64,000 nucleotides of DNA from Octopus sinensis (lineage: Eukaryota), in contig NC_043024.1 in assembly GCF_006345805.1 (NCBI RefSeq), positions 6,882,001 to 6,946,000 of the forward strand, read 5' to 3'. A program made the position numbers and the translations under genes. How positions within the stretch are numbered: position 1 is the first letter of the stretch; the number at the start of each line of letters is the position of its first letter. The notes beneath the pieces were generated by a model. The model ran no database searches. It saw only the letters and a program-made list of their open reading frames with translations, and was not told where the DNA came from. Below, in pieces: positions 52,966-64,000 of this stretch.

Positions 52966-54059
52966 TTGTGACAGATTGGAATGTCATGTAATTAGAGGGT
53001 AGATTTATGTGGGTCACCTCATGCAGTGAATTTTTCACAGGCTGTCAAGGTCTTCCCTCTCCACTCCATGTGAATGACTAGCTTTCACACTCTCTCTTTC
53101 TCTCTCTCTCTCATTATAATTGTTATGAGTCCTCTAAATTATGCTTCCCTGTAGAATATGTTCCAACTTGTTTAGTCTTTCTTCAATTATGGCCAGCTGT
53201 GGAATTCTGTGCATAGCATGCTTTAGTACCGAAGTGGACAGCTGTAAAAACAAAAAGCTGGACTATTTTAAACGGATTTTAATTTTTTATGTTACCAAAC
53301 TGCCTGAGGTCACTCCTGCTTTTGTGATCCAAACAAACCCAGACTCTTTGAAAGTGTATTTAAACTTGTCTTGAGTTTTATGTAAGAATCTTTTTATCTC
53401 CTAACCCCTGTTTTGAGTATATATTTCACTCAAAATATTTTGATTAATTTTAGAAAAAAAAATAAAAAATAGAAATTCAAATTTATGAAGTATTTTTCCC
53501 AGATGGCTATGGAAGGACATTAGAAGGGGGAAATTGCTATGAGTTGTTTCAGATATTTTTTGTGTATTTTGAATGATGAGAGGAAAAATGGAATTTGATT
53601 TTTATATTCTTGTGTAGAAATAATCTACTTAGGTTCTATATTTTCAATTATTTATATATATATGTATTGCTTTGTATAATTCTTTTTTTGTTTTTCATTT
53701 GTAATTAATAGTTTAAAATGGTGGTGCCTCTCTAAAATATAAAGATGCATCATTAAGACTTGTTTACAAAGTTCATGATGCTGCTTACTATTGTGTTTAC
53801 CATTCTTAATGAAATTTTTGCATTTTAAGATTGGTCGGAAGGGAGTTGGGGTATGTTGATGAACTGACAGAGCACAGACAAAATGCTGTGTGCTACTTTG
53901 TTTTATATCACTTTTTTTAGGAGTTCAAATCCTTGTCATGCTGGTGAAGTTGTTGGTTGTATCTTTCATCTTCACAGAATTGATTGAAGAAATATCAATC
54001 AAGAATCTTTCTATCCAAAATGCTCACATTTCTGATAACAACAAGTAATAATGATACTA

Positions 54060-54280
54060 ATGATGGTTTCAATTTTGGCACAAGGCCAGCATGTTTGGGG
54101 GGTGGGGGCAAATCAATTACATTGACCCTCAGTGCTCAGCTGGTACTTAATTGACCCCGAAAGGATGAAAGACAGTTAACCTTGGCTGGAATTGAACACT
54201 GAACATAGACAAACAAAATGCTACTAAGCATTTTGCCTTTGCATGCTAACGATTCTGCCAATCAATAAGAAGAAAAAGAA

Positions 54281-54319
<39 letters not shown>

Positions 54320-54545
54320 TTATTGAGGTACAATGCTGGGAATTTGCTGGGAGGGGAAACCATGAAATAAAACCCAATACTTGATTAATTTTATTGATTT
54401 CTGGAGGGGTGAAAAGCTAAGGTGCCTATTTCACTTCCTTGTAAAGTTAAGCAAAGTTAGCTCAATGGGATTTGAATTGCATATGTTGAGATCCTGGACA
54501 AATACCACAAGGTATTTAGTTTGAATCCTTAATGATTCTGCCAAA
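54060..54545 (-). mobile_element. Two tandem SINE-B copies separated by (AAT)n
   Basis: 54060-54260 and 54330-54545. Further minus copies at 455-625, 23378-23515 and 30200-30330; plus copies at 9300-9505 and 58615-58730. Confidence 0.7.
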
Positions 54546-54785
54546 CCACAATACCAGTAATATATTGGAAAAATGTCCTGTGTTTTGACTGGTGTAAACT
54601 GAATTGGACTCTTCAAGAGATGAAACTCGGGTGCAATAGGACTTGAAATGTCATGAAACCAAATTATTTATAATTTATAAATGGTTTGAACCCTTGAAGG
54701 GAGAGCATCCTTTTCATGGATTATCAAAAAGTGTTTCTGGGACTTTTCCAACTCAAAGATTCTGTTTTATAATCTTGGTATGAGG

Positions 54786-54994
54786 TTAACCTTTTTGGTA
54801 CAAACCTGCATGAACCCACCCTGGTTCTGTGGTACAGATCTATGGTTTTAAAGTAATCTAAGTTAAAATCTTCCAAAATCTCAGGTTAATTTGTTCCAGA
54901 CACTAGTTTAATGACAGTTATTTGATTAAAAATTTCATTATTTTTAAAATTAAAACAAAGTATACTTCAACAAATATGGTAATGGAAAGGTTAA
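54786..54994. mobile_element. piggyBac-type MITE P2 (shorter), 96 nt upstream of the ERM exon acceptor
   Basis: TTAAcctttttggtac...ggtaatggaaaggTTAA. The left end is similar to that of 49486. Confidence 0.7.
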
Positions 54995-55090
54995 TGAAAT
55001 GTAATATATTTTAATAGTTGCTAACTTTGTTGTTCTGTTTTTTAATTTTTCTCATTCAATTTTTTAACCCATTATATTCTTTGTCTTCAG

Positions 55091-55174
55091 GTAAATGTAC
55101 GCGTCCAAACCATGGATGCGGAGCTGGAATTTGCCATCCAGCCCAGCACCACAGGCAAACAGCTTTTTGATCAG
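55091..55174 (+). CDS. Moe: ERM-family gene, 84-nt exon, start of FERM F1 lobe ([28 protein letters not shown])
   Basis: Near-identical to ezrin/moesin [28 protein letters not shown]. Acceptor AG at 55089-55090, donor CAG|GTAAGT at 55175, 28 codons. Confidence 0.97.
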
Positions 55175-57552
55175 GTAAGTCTATACCCAGCTTCTCTTAT
55201 TTTTACTGTTTCTTTCTTATTGTTAGTGCTTTACCCCCCATTTTCTGAATGGTGGCTCCTTTTTCAGTTTTTTACATCTACAATTGGGGTTACAATCTAC
55301 AATCAGGGACCACGATTATTGCATAAGAAATGGATATGGCAATAGTTGTCATGCAAGTCAACAGTAGCTGTGTTGAAGGTAGTCATTGCACAGGTCAACA
55401 ATAGCTGTCAATATGTAATTGTTGCACCAGCCAATGGTAGCCATGTCGATCGGTAGTTAGCACAAAAGCCATTGGTAGCTGTGCTAATATGTATTGTATT
55501 TATCTGTTCGTCACACCCCTAATTTAGTGTTAAATTTTTGTACAAAACTTTTAGCCCCTTCAGTTTTAGCCTTTCCTTATCAATAAGTCGTACCCCAGTT
55601 TTTTCAGTTAAAATAAAGTATGAAATCGTGACTGGTACACAAGGAGTAAATATGCTAGTTGTTACATGAGCCAACGGTAGCTCTGTCATTGCTGGTTATC
55701 CCTGCCACTATATGCTGTTATCTGGTTGATAACTGTTGCATGTGTAAAATGATAGCTGGTTATCATATAATGGAAATGAAAACCTTTAGTTCTCATGAGG
55801 TTTTCGGTGTTCTTGGAGATCGGTTGAAAAGCAAAACAAAGATAGTGAGTTGTCTTTGTTTCCACATCTGCTTTTCCATGCTGGCATGGGTTAGAGACCC
55901 ACATACCCTTCTTGTAGCCAAACTTTTAACTTTTACAATTTGTGGTATTCAATGTATCTAATCTAAAAACCAGAATACACACGGATAATGCTACGAGGCA
56001 TGAAGTACTGAAAGAAAACCCCAAGCAATCTAGCAGACTTCATTGGCAAACTAAGTATAATATTCACAGAATGGAATGAAAGTTGTTGCACGTCGTCATT
56101 TAATTTGCTAAAAATAAGAGCCAAATAGTCATCATGCTATTTAAAAAGGAGTGGGGAAGGACACAATCCTTTACTTGTCCAAAGCATTTTCATAAGTCTG
56201 TCCTCAATGCCCATGCTGGCTTTCAGACTTAGTTCTTGTTTCATATGTTCTGGGTAATATGACTTCCCATTCATAATTCCCAGGTTATTCTGGTGGTTAA
56301 AAAAAATAAAAAAAAAGTAAATGGGTATCATATGATGCATGATTGTCAGTGAAATGCATAGGACAGGCAAATGGTTTATCTAGTTAGGGGTAGGCTGCTT
56401 TAAACTAAACCCAAAAGTGAATTAACAGGTTTGTTAGATAAAGACTGACTTGGGTGTTAATGTGTTGCAAGAGGACCCAGAAGGAATGGGCTCTTATAAA
56501 ATAAAGCAATGATAAAATCTTGTCTCTTGTCTCTTTTCTCTACTGTATTGCACATCATATTGTCCATATGTTTCTGTCGTATATCTGTTTCTCTGAGTCA
56601 AGGTTGCCAACTTCCTGTTCATTCATTTCTCCATTTTTTGGAGAAAGGGGTTTGAGCACAGTTAGTCCTGTTGCTTGTCCCATTGGTGCAATATGGTCAG
56701 TTCAGAGAGAGTAACACACAAAGAATTCATGTTAGTAATTGTACCCTGGGAGGACAAAAGACAAAGCTGTTGCCATTGAAGTTTGAACTCAGAACTCAGA
56801 GCTCTAAAACAAATACAAAGCATTTTGTATCTCATTACAACTAACTCTATTAATTAACTGACTTAATTAGTTCAAAAGAACTCTAGTAAAACCCTTAAAT
56901 GTACATAGTGTTATTGACCCTGAAGAATTACTCAGAATTTATAAATGGCTTGAACTCCTGAAAGGAGAGATCCTTTTCATGGATTACCAGAAAGTGTTTC
57001 TGGGACAGGATTCAAAATTGGTTCTTTTGAAAGACATTGCTGTTTTTTTAGGGCTTCTCATCTCCTTAACTACTCGAAACACTCAATCCAATTTTAAACC
57101 CCTCTTCAAATTACATTCAAGCATCGTTGATATGTTGTCTCTTGACCCTCATTTTATGTTTTATCCCACAGTCCCAATACGATATCTTAATTTTGACGTG
57201 AGTGGTGTAGTATTTTCACACTATACCATATGTGAGGCAAGTATCACATAAGTAGTGTTAGATACCCACGTCCCACATTACATCCTAGATACCACATGAC
57301 CTACCTGTGGTCAATTAAAAATTTAAGGGAAACTTCAGGATTTCATTGGATAATTTGTGAGTCGGGGTTTCAACCCAAGTATTTCTCTTTTTATATTTCT
57401 GTGGCACCTCTTCTGAAGACCTCAAACCAGACAGGTAGCCTGTTGGTTACCTTCGTGGTTATGGCAAACCTTTTCAGCCCTGTATTGCTCCTGTTATTGG
57501 AGTGTTACTTATACACTTGTATAATACATGTATTTTAGTTTTTAGGTAAATG

Positions 57553-57912
57553 CTTTATCTTGTTTCAGTCTGTGGCCATGCTGGGGCCAAATGGACCCCT
57601 GTACTTTTATTTTTCATTTTTTTTTAAGCCTTGTTCTTAATCTATCCATCTCTTTTGAACTGCAAGGTTACAGGGATGTAAACAAGCCAACACCAGCTGT
57701 CAAGTGCTTGTTGAACACTGTCTGTGTGTGTGTGTGTGTACACACACACACACACACACACAACGTGGGTTTCTTTCAGTTTCTATCTTCCAAATCCACT
57801 GACAAGCCTTTGGTCAGCCAGAGACAGTTGCCCAAGGTGCCACACAGTGGGACTGAACATGAAACCACGTGGTTGAGAAGCAAACCTCTTACCACACAGC
57901 CATGGCTATGCC
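57553..57912 (-). mobile_element. SINE-A copy
   Basis: Aligns to the family pattern. Confidence 0.8.
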
Positions 57913-58734
57913 TTATACACTTGCAGATAAGTGTTTCAAAACAGGATGTTGCAGAGAGATTTTTGTTTCAAACATGTTGTCATTGCGGATACGTCATTGT
58001 CTCATTACTGAGTGGTGGCCTGGACCTGCTAGAAATAAAAACCAACCCCCCTGCAGATAATACAGACGATATAGTTTGGTATACACATAATCTGAAATTA
58101 CTCCCTTGGTAAGTCAAGGAAGGACTTCAGATTTCAAACACTTTCCTTAAAAGTTGTGATGGCCATGGGTAGCTGTCAGGTCTGCTGAAGCAAGGTCGAC
58201 CTGGGGCTAAAATTTTACTATTTTTGTTGACTCCTCCCCCTTACATTGAGAGGTATTGTGTGCACTCCTTAATCACTTAGACAAGAGTATCTTGTCCTAA
58301 ACATTAGCTACTCTCTCTTTTTTTCTCTCTTTAAATGGTGGTGGTGGTGGGAGGAGAGAAACATGCATGTCATTTGCTGTTGCTATGTTGACACTTGTTT
58401 CTTCAGCCATCCCAGACAACCATCTCTCTCTCCCTCTCCCCCTCCCCCCTCCCCCCAAGTCAGTATCTAGACGAAATTGGTTGGTGGTTTGAATGTTGGC
58501 TGTTATTTGACCAAACACACCTGGACCAGAAATGTCATCAGTTGATATACAAGAGTCAGTCAAATGTTTTCTTCTTATACAGAAACATTGCAAATTATCA
58601 TCATCGTTATTTTTGAAGGTGGCGAACTGGCAGAATCGTTAGCACACTGGGCAAAATTCTTAGTCGTATTTCATCTGCTACATTCTAATTTCAGATTCCA
58701 CCGAGGTTGACTTTGCTTTTCATCTGTTAGGATT

Positions 58735-58880
58735 TTATTCAACATATTCCCTTCAGATTCATACACTTATTCATACACTGTGGTCCTTCAGTTTTTGTAA
58801 GCCCTGTAAGAAAACTTGGGCCTCCAATCAGGCCTTTTGCAATACCCTTAAGGCCATGAACTTTTCAGCACCCCCTCTTA
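58735..58880 (-). mobile_element. Tc1/mariner deletion derivative: terminal repeat plus transposase C-terminal codons
   Basis: The minus strand begins TA-agagggggtgctgaaaagttc. About 65 nt in, frameshifted FLQGLQKLKDH/NKCMNL/EYVE* resembles the mariner C-terminus (GI.KL..RW.KC....G.YVE). Confidence 0.7.
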
Positions 58881-59186
58881 TATGTTTACATGTATGTCTA
58901 TATCTGTGTCAGTGGTTATATGATGTCATTAATGTTAACAATTTCCTGTTTCTTAATCCTTCTATTTCTTTGTCTCTCCTCTCTTTCCTCATCCCATTTG
59001 TGTATACTGATTACTGATGTGTAAACATGTCTGCATTTTGCTCTGTATATCCTGCTTTCACAAACACACTTTTATGCCCCCTCATCTATTACATAAAGCA
59101 ACACCAGTTGTCCAGCAGTGGGGGGAGGGGACTTGCACACTCTTGCGCTCTCTCTCTTGTGTGTGTGTGTATATATATATATTTAT

Positions 59187-59485
59187 TTATATATAATAAA
59201 GGGTAAAGACCCCCTTTCAGTTACAAATAATCATGGCATTGCACCTAGAAAATTCCTCTTTGAGGTACTGTGGAAGACCAGCAGCCTCCCCTCTCCATGC
59301 CACCAATGTTATCCAAGGGAAAGGCAAAGACTGATACAGCTTGGCACCAGTGACATTACAACTCATTTCTACAACTGAGTGAACTGGAACAATGGGAAAA
59401 TAAAGTGCTTTGCCCAAGAACACTACAACCAGGTCTGGGAATCAAACTCGCAACCTTGATAGTAAGCCCAATGCTCTAACCACCA
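59187..59485 (-). mobile_element. SINE-C copy
   Basis: Reverse complement of 63711-64000, extended to a tail ending aaagggggtctttacc. The same head/core with different tails occurs at 6380-6575, 29520-29862, 44545-44775, 60560-60885 (-) and 23165-23330 (+). Confidence 0.75.
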
Positions 59486-59680
59486 TGTGCTAGGAAGGGC
59501 ATCCGGCTGTAGAAACTTTTGTAGCCAATTCTTCTGACTGTTCTACTCCATTGTAAACTGACATTGAATGATGTTGGCACACACATGCTCCCATGCAGTT
59601 TCTGGTTACCAAATTCACTCACAAGGCATTGGCCCAGAGTCACAGAAGGCATTTTCCAAGGTACCCCAGTAGGACTAAAC

Positions 59681-60181
59681 CAGGGGTCACCAAAGTATTT
59701 TCATGGTGGGCCAGATAAGAGCACAGTCTGTATAACCATTTTGTTCCAATACAATACCATGAATACACAAAAAAATAAAGGTAATCACATTTAATTCCCA
59801 AAAAGTTATCAAAGAAGGCGACATTTGCAATAAGATATATCACACCAAGTGCACACATGTCTGAATTTCATGAACTAAGCAGCAGAAAAGGTTAGAGATT
59901 TGCGAAACTGGTGTTTAGCTTTTATGATATTGATATTTGCTTTGGAATTGGCGCATCCAACCAAGAGAATTGCTTTGAAATGCTCATCAGTCAGTCTCTT
60001 TCTATATTCTGACTTCACATTCTTCATCATTGAAAATATTTGCTCAGAGACACAAGTTGTTCCAGACACTGATGTCATGCCAGAGGCAAATGAACCCTCA
60101 TTGTAGGCATTTACACAAAGGGTACAGTGCAGAGGTGGGTTGGATGAACTGACCTCACAGGCTGCAGTTTGGTGACCCCTG
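59681..60181 (-). mobile_element. hAT (Charlie/Buster/SPIN-type) internally deleted DNA transposon, 501 bp
   Basis: 14-bp perfect TIR CAGGGGTCACCAAA at both ends and perfect 8-bp TSD GACTAAAC (59673-59680, 60182-60189; nnnTAnnn). The ORF 59875-60078 remnant GTTCVSEQIFSMMKNVKSEYRKRLTDEHFKAIL is a hAT C-terminal dimerisation domain. Confidence 0.93.
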
Positions 60182-60324
60182 GACTAAACTAAAACCATGT
60201 GATTGCAAAGTGGGCTTCTTGGCCATTCTTGAACCCCTTGTTCTGATGCTTTTGTAATGCTGTCTCCAACCCCCTTTTATCAAACAGCATTCCACAAACA
60301 ACTCACTGCTCCAGGTTTTGCAAA

Positions 60325-60547
60325 TTAACCCTTTAGTATTTAAATGAACCACATCTGGTTAAAATATTCCATCTGTTTTATGTTCAAACTGATCTGATCC
60401 TGGCTCCTACGCTACAATGATATTCTAAAAACAAACAATCACATCATCGAAATCTCAAGGATATGAGATAATGCATGATTAATTCAAAAACAATGTAAAT
60501 AAATAAGCAATTCTCTTGATAAAATAATCTGAATGTTAAAGGGTTAA
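60325..60547. mobile_element. piggyBac-type MITE P1 (opposite orientation)
   Basis: TTAACCCTTTAGTATTTAAA...tctgaatgttaaagggTTAA. Confidence 0.85.
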
Positions 60548-62924
60548 AGAAAATAAGAATTGGGAATTTGACTGGCACTCCAGTGGCCCCAGTGATGAGG
60601 GTTCCAGTTGATCCGATCAATGGAACAGCCTGCTTGTGAAATTCACAAGCAAGTGGTTGAGTATTCCACAGACACACATATATTCTGAACGTTCTAAGGG
60701 AGATTCTGCAGGACACAGAATGTGATAAGGTTGGCCCCTTGAAATAGAGGTTCTACTCATTTTTGCCATCTGAGTGAACTTGGAGCAATGTGAAGTAAAG
60801 TGTCTTGCTTAAGAACACTATTTTGCTAGAAATCGAATTTGTACTCGTAAGAGTGGGAGCTGAATACTCCAACCATGACAGCATCACTAAAAAATTGAAA
60901 TAGAATTCAGTCGGAGAGAAAACAAAATTTTTAATCAAAATTCAATTTTTAATCTTGATTGAATTTTTAATTAAAAATGCAGTGAGGAAGGAGTCTTTCA
61001 TTAATTAGTTTTATATTAATTCTTGGGTCTGATATTCTAATGCACCAGTAACTTCACCGTAATCAAAGAGGGAGGCGTATTGCTCAACCTGCTAGAAATA
61101 ACAGCCAGATCTCAATCACACCTCTAATTTTAAGAAAGTGGCTGGACACATGGGATAGTTTCTGCACCCATAAAGCTTTTCTTTCTCCCTCCAATGTTGA
61201 ACATGAAATTTTAAATATTCAAAATATTCTTAGAGTAAAGATCAAAATTTGTCCAACCCTTTTTCCAGTTCTGACTAGGGTTACATCAATGTAGCTGACT
61301 GCTCCCTCTACCCAAATTTCTTGCTTGGGGCCTCTCAAAGAAATCATTTTTAGAGCTGGTTTGGCATTGGCTTTTCAAAATGGCCACAACCACTTCAGAT
61401 CAGGACAGAGAGAGCCCTTCTGTCTCTCATTCAATTTCTAGTTCTTTATGATATGTGGTTTGTGCCTGATCAATATGTTTAAGGTATTTCTCAGCACACA
61501 AGACTATTATTGGTACATATAAAATGTGTATTGTGTCTATTAAATATTTATCTCTCACCAGATGGGGCTACTTACCACTCAGCCAACCACATGGTTCTGG
61601 GTTCATTCCGACTGTATAAAAAATCTCTACTTGATCTTGTAGAAATAGCAGTCAAATCTTCCTACTGCCTTAACACAAAAAAAAAAATGATAAAATTAAA
61701 GAGGGTACTACTCTTAAAGAATACATGGAGATGGTCATGGTTTGATTGGAACTGACATAGAATTAAATAGCAAATTAGGCTGATTTCCATAAACGCAGAA
61801 TCCTACATGTTTACACCTCAACTATGTACGAGTTGTAATGCATGTTTTGCATAACTTTCGGCAAAGTCTGGTTACACAAGTTTCCTTTCCACAAATGTCT
61901 GGTTACGCAAGTTTCCTCTTATGCCCACCCCCACCTTCCCACAGTTCCTTTACACTCTTTCTTCCTCTCTTCCTCTCTCTCTCTCTTTCTCTGCAGTCAT
62001 TTCATTCACTTGTTTATTGGTTGTGACATGTAACAATACAGCCGGCCTACGTGGACAATAAAACAAGAATCCAGCTGGTCACATTGTTGGCAGGAGCAGG
62101 CTGGTCCTTTTGTTGCCCAGTACAATACTGACTGCTTGCCTACTGAATCAATTATGCAACAGGAGACTGTGTGTATATATATATAGACACACACACATGT
62201 ATAATGCTATATATATATACACACACACACATACACATACATACATGGCCTCATGGAAAGCAGACCAGGTGTGGTTCGCATACACTCTGATAATGTTATT
62301 CTTTGCCATTCCCATCCCAGTATGTTGAACCTTAATCCTCTTGCTGTTGTTTAGCCCTGGGTCAGAAATGGAAAAAGAGACCCTATGGTGAAAGTGATCA
62401 AATCTGTTCTGACCACGATCTTTCCCTTTTTCTAAAGCGATTGACTGAGATTTGAAGGAGATTTTCATTATAGATAATTAGTCCTCGTTACATGCAACTG
62501 GTTAGTGTTGTCAATGAATGTATTGCTGGAAACACTTGTTCATCTCTTTTGTAAATGAAGGTATTTGCAATGTCGCAGGACTTATTTCTCTGTAGTAACT
62601 CTTAAATTCCTGTAAGACAGTATCACATTGGACTGTATTGGTGTTGGTCAGCCAGTTCTGAAACCCATTGTATCACAAGAGTCCTACCAACCTTGTTAAC
62701 ATTCATCATGAAGAAAGGGAGCATCTCTGTTCTGTTACAGATTCATTATAGGACTGGCTTTTTCACTTAGAAAATTTTTTAACATTTTCAAAAATCCCCA
62801 ACTCTGCTGTCACTGAAAAATCTAAAACTGCCAAGTTAGCCAAATATCAAAACACTTTGGTCCTTGCAGTTGATTGTTTTTTGGTGTGGGTGAGGCAATG
62901 AACTCAGTTTTATAATGTAGACAC

Positions 62925-63310
62925 AGGCAGGGCCGTGTGGTTAAGAAGCTCACATCCAAATGTAACCTGGGATTCAGTCTCACTGATTGGCATCTTGGGC
63001 AAGTGTCTTCTACCATAACCTCAGGCCAATTAAAGGCATGTGAATGGATTTGGTAGACAGAAATTGAAAGAAGCCTCTTTGTGTGTGTGTAGTTTTGTGA
63101 TGCGATGGTTTAAAGTAAGCATTACTGCTGTCATACAAGAAATGTTTCCAGTCTTCTATGGAAAAAACATGTCTGGTCATGGGGAAATATTACCGAACTG
63201 GGAAACTGGTGTAGTTTGGTGACAAGAAGGGCATCCAGCCATAGAAAATTTGCCTCGACAAATTCCGTCTGACTTTATACTATGGGAAAATCAATGTTAA
63301 TTGATGAACA
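62925..63310 (+). mobile_element. SINE-A head joined to tail type 2 (module G)
   Basis: The same head as SINE-A (to about 63090) is followed by gtcatacaag...ggaagggcatccagccatagaaaat...aatgttaa. The same junction occurs at 25745-26050 (+), 16890-17240 (-) and 22290-22620 (-). Confidence 0.75.
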
Positions 63311-63710
63311 TCATATGGTGTTTGGAGATAAGAAATGATTGCTACACACCCTCACATTCTCTCTCTCTCTCACTTTGAGCTATGAGGCTTGAGTCTGTAG
63401 CTGTTTGCAAGGCAGTGAGGTACTGAATATTATTAAGTTTCCAGTTGTCAGCGTTGCCATCCAGTTGTCTCTGATGGAGAGGAAGAAAGGGCAATGTATG
63501 GCAGCAGTTCTTGCAATACCAGACATGTTAAGGAGTTTTTGATATCTCTGCCAGTTACCGATTATTTATTTGTTTTTACTGGTTTCTGTCTTTGAACTGC
63601 GACCATACTGGGGCATTGCTTTGATAGATTTTTAGCTGATCATAGCAACCCCAATATTTATTCTTCTGTTTGCTATCTTAATCTCTAATTGTTGTAATAT
63701 TGTGGTGATA

Positions 63711-64000
63711 TGAAGGTACATGGTTCATTGGTTACAGTATCAGACTCACAATCCTGAGGTTGTAAGTTCGAAACCTAGATTGGGCTGCGTGTTGTGTTCT
63801 TGAGCAAGATACTTTATTTCATGTTGCTCTAGTTCACTCAACTGTAGAAATGAGCTGCGACATCACTGGTGCCAAGCTGTATCGGCCCCTTTGCCTTTCC
63901 CTTGGATAACATCAGTGGTGGAGAAAGGAGAGGCTGGTATGCATGAGCGACAGCTAGTCTTCCATTAACAACCTTACCTTGACTTGTGCCTCGGTAGGTA
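63711..64000 (+). mobile_element. tRNA-head SINE-C
   Basis: tggttcattggttacag (A-box-like), gttcgaaacc (B-box), core gtgttgtgttcttgagcaag..ctttatttca.gttgctc.agttcactca.ctg. Runs off the window end. Confidence 0.75.

Larger units (their letters stand above)
4243..55090 (+). other. 50,848-nt GT-AG phase-0 intron of the ERM gene
   Basis: GTAAGT at 4243 and ttctttgtcttcAG at 55090. The flanking exons join in frame. Same position (after codon 4) as in vertebrate EZR/RDX/MSN. Confidence 0.85.

Noticed and set aside
55091-55174. Merlin/NF2 identity
   Set aside because: Merlin reads [21 protein letters not shown]; [14 protein letters not shown] is ERM-specific.
55112-55345. ORF MDAELEF...VSLYPASL as a complete gene
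   Set aside because: ERM similarity stops at the GTAAGT donor (55175). The rest is intron read-through, and similarity extends upstream to 55091.
60925-60980. AT-rich inverted repeat (cruciform)
   Set aside because: Short and nearly all A/T; expected by chance at this composition.
55175-64000. Next ERM exon (expected VVKTIGLRE.W.FGL)
   Set aside because: No matching reading frame found by eye; it probably lies beyond the window.

Overview
AT-rich animal genomic DNA, not prokaryotic. It is most likely an octopus or other coleoid cephalopod; this is an inference from the repeat families and was not database-checked. The window holds the 5' end of one + strand protein-coding gene, an ERM (ezrin/radixin/moesin) family member. 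A short exon carries 5'UTR plus ATG-CCA-AAA-CCG (MPKP, 4231-4242), followed by a 50,848-nt phase-0 intron and an 84-nt exon (55091-55174, [28 protein letters not shown]). The next ERM exon was not found in the window. Nearly everything else is intronic and packed with mobile-element copies: at least three tRNA-head SINE groups with interchangeable 3' modules, two TTAA-flanked piggyBac-type MITE families, hAT/Charlie MITEs, one hAT deletion derivative with a perfect 8-bp TSD, mariner ends, and RTE, Penelope and CR1-type LINE relics. Microsatellites and a purine/pyrimidine-skewed minisatellite are also present. The best second-look items are a candidate in-frame 21-nt microexon (7851-7871, FRFRHGE), Penelope-type minimal hammerhead ribozyme motifs in the sense strand of the intron (44881-44926 and 46508-46550), a tail-to-tail inverted SINE hairpin (candidate ADAR substrate), and the modular SINE architecture. 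Almost all ORFs in the supplied track are repeat-derived or chance. Repeat boundaries were set by eye and are approximate (about +/-10-20 nt) unless a TSD or TIR is quoted.
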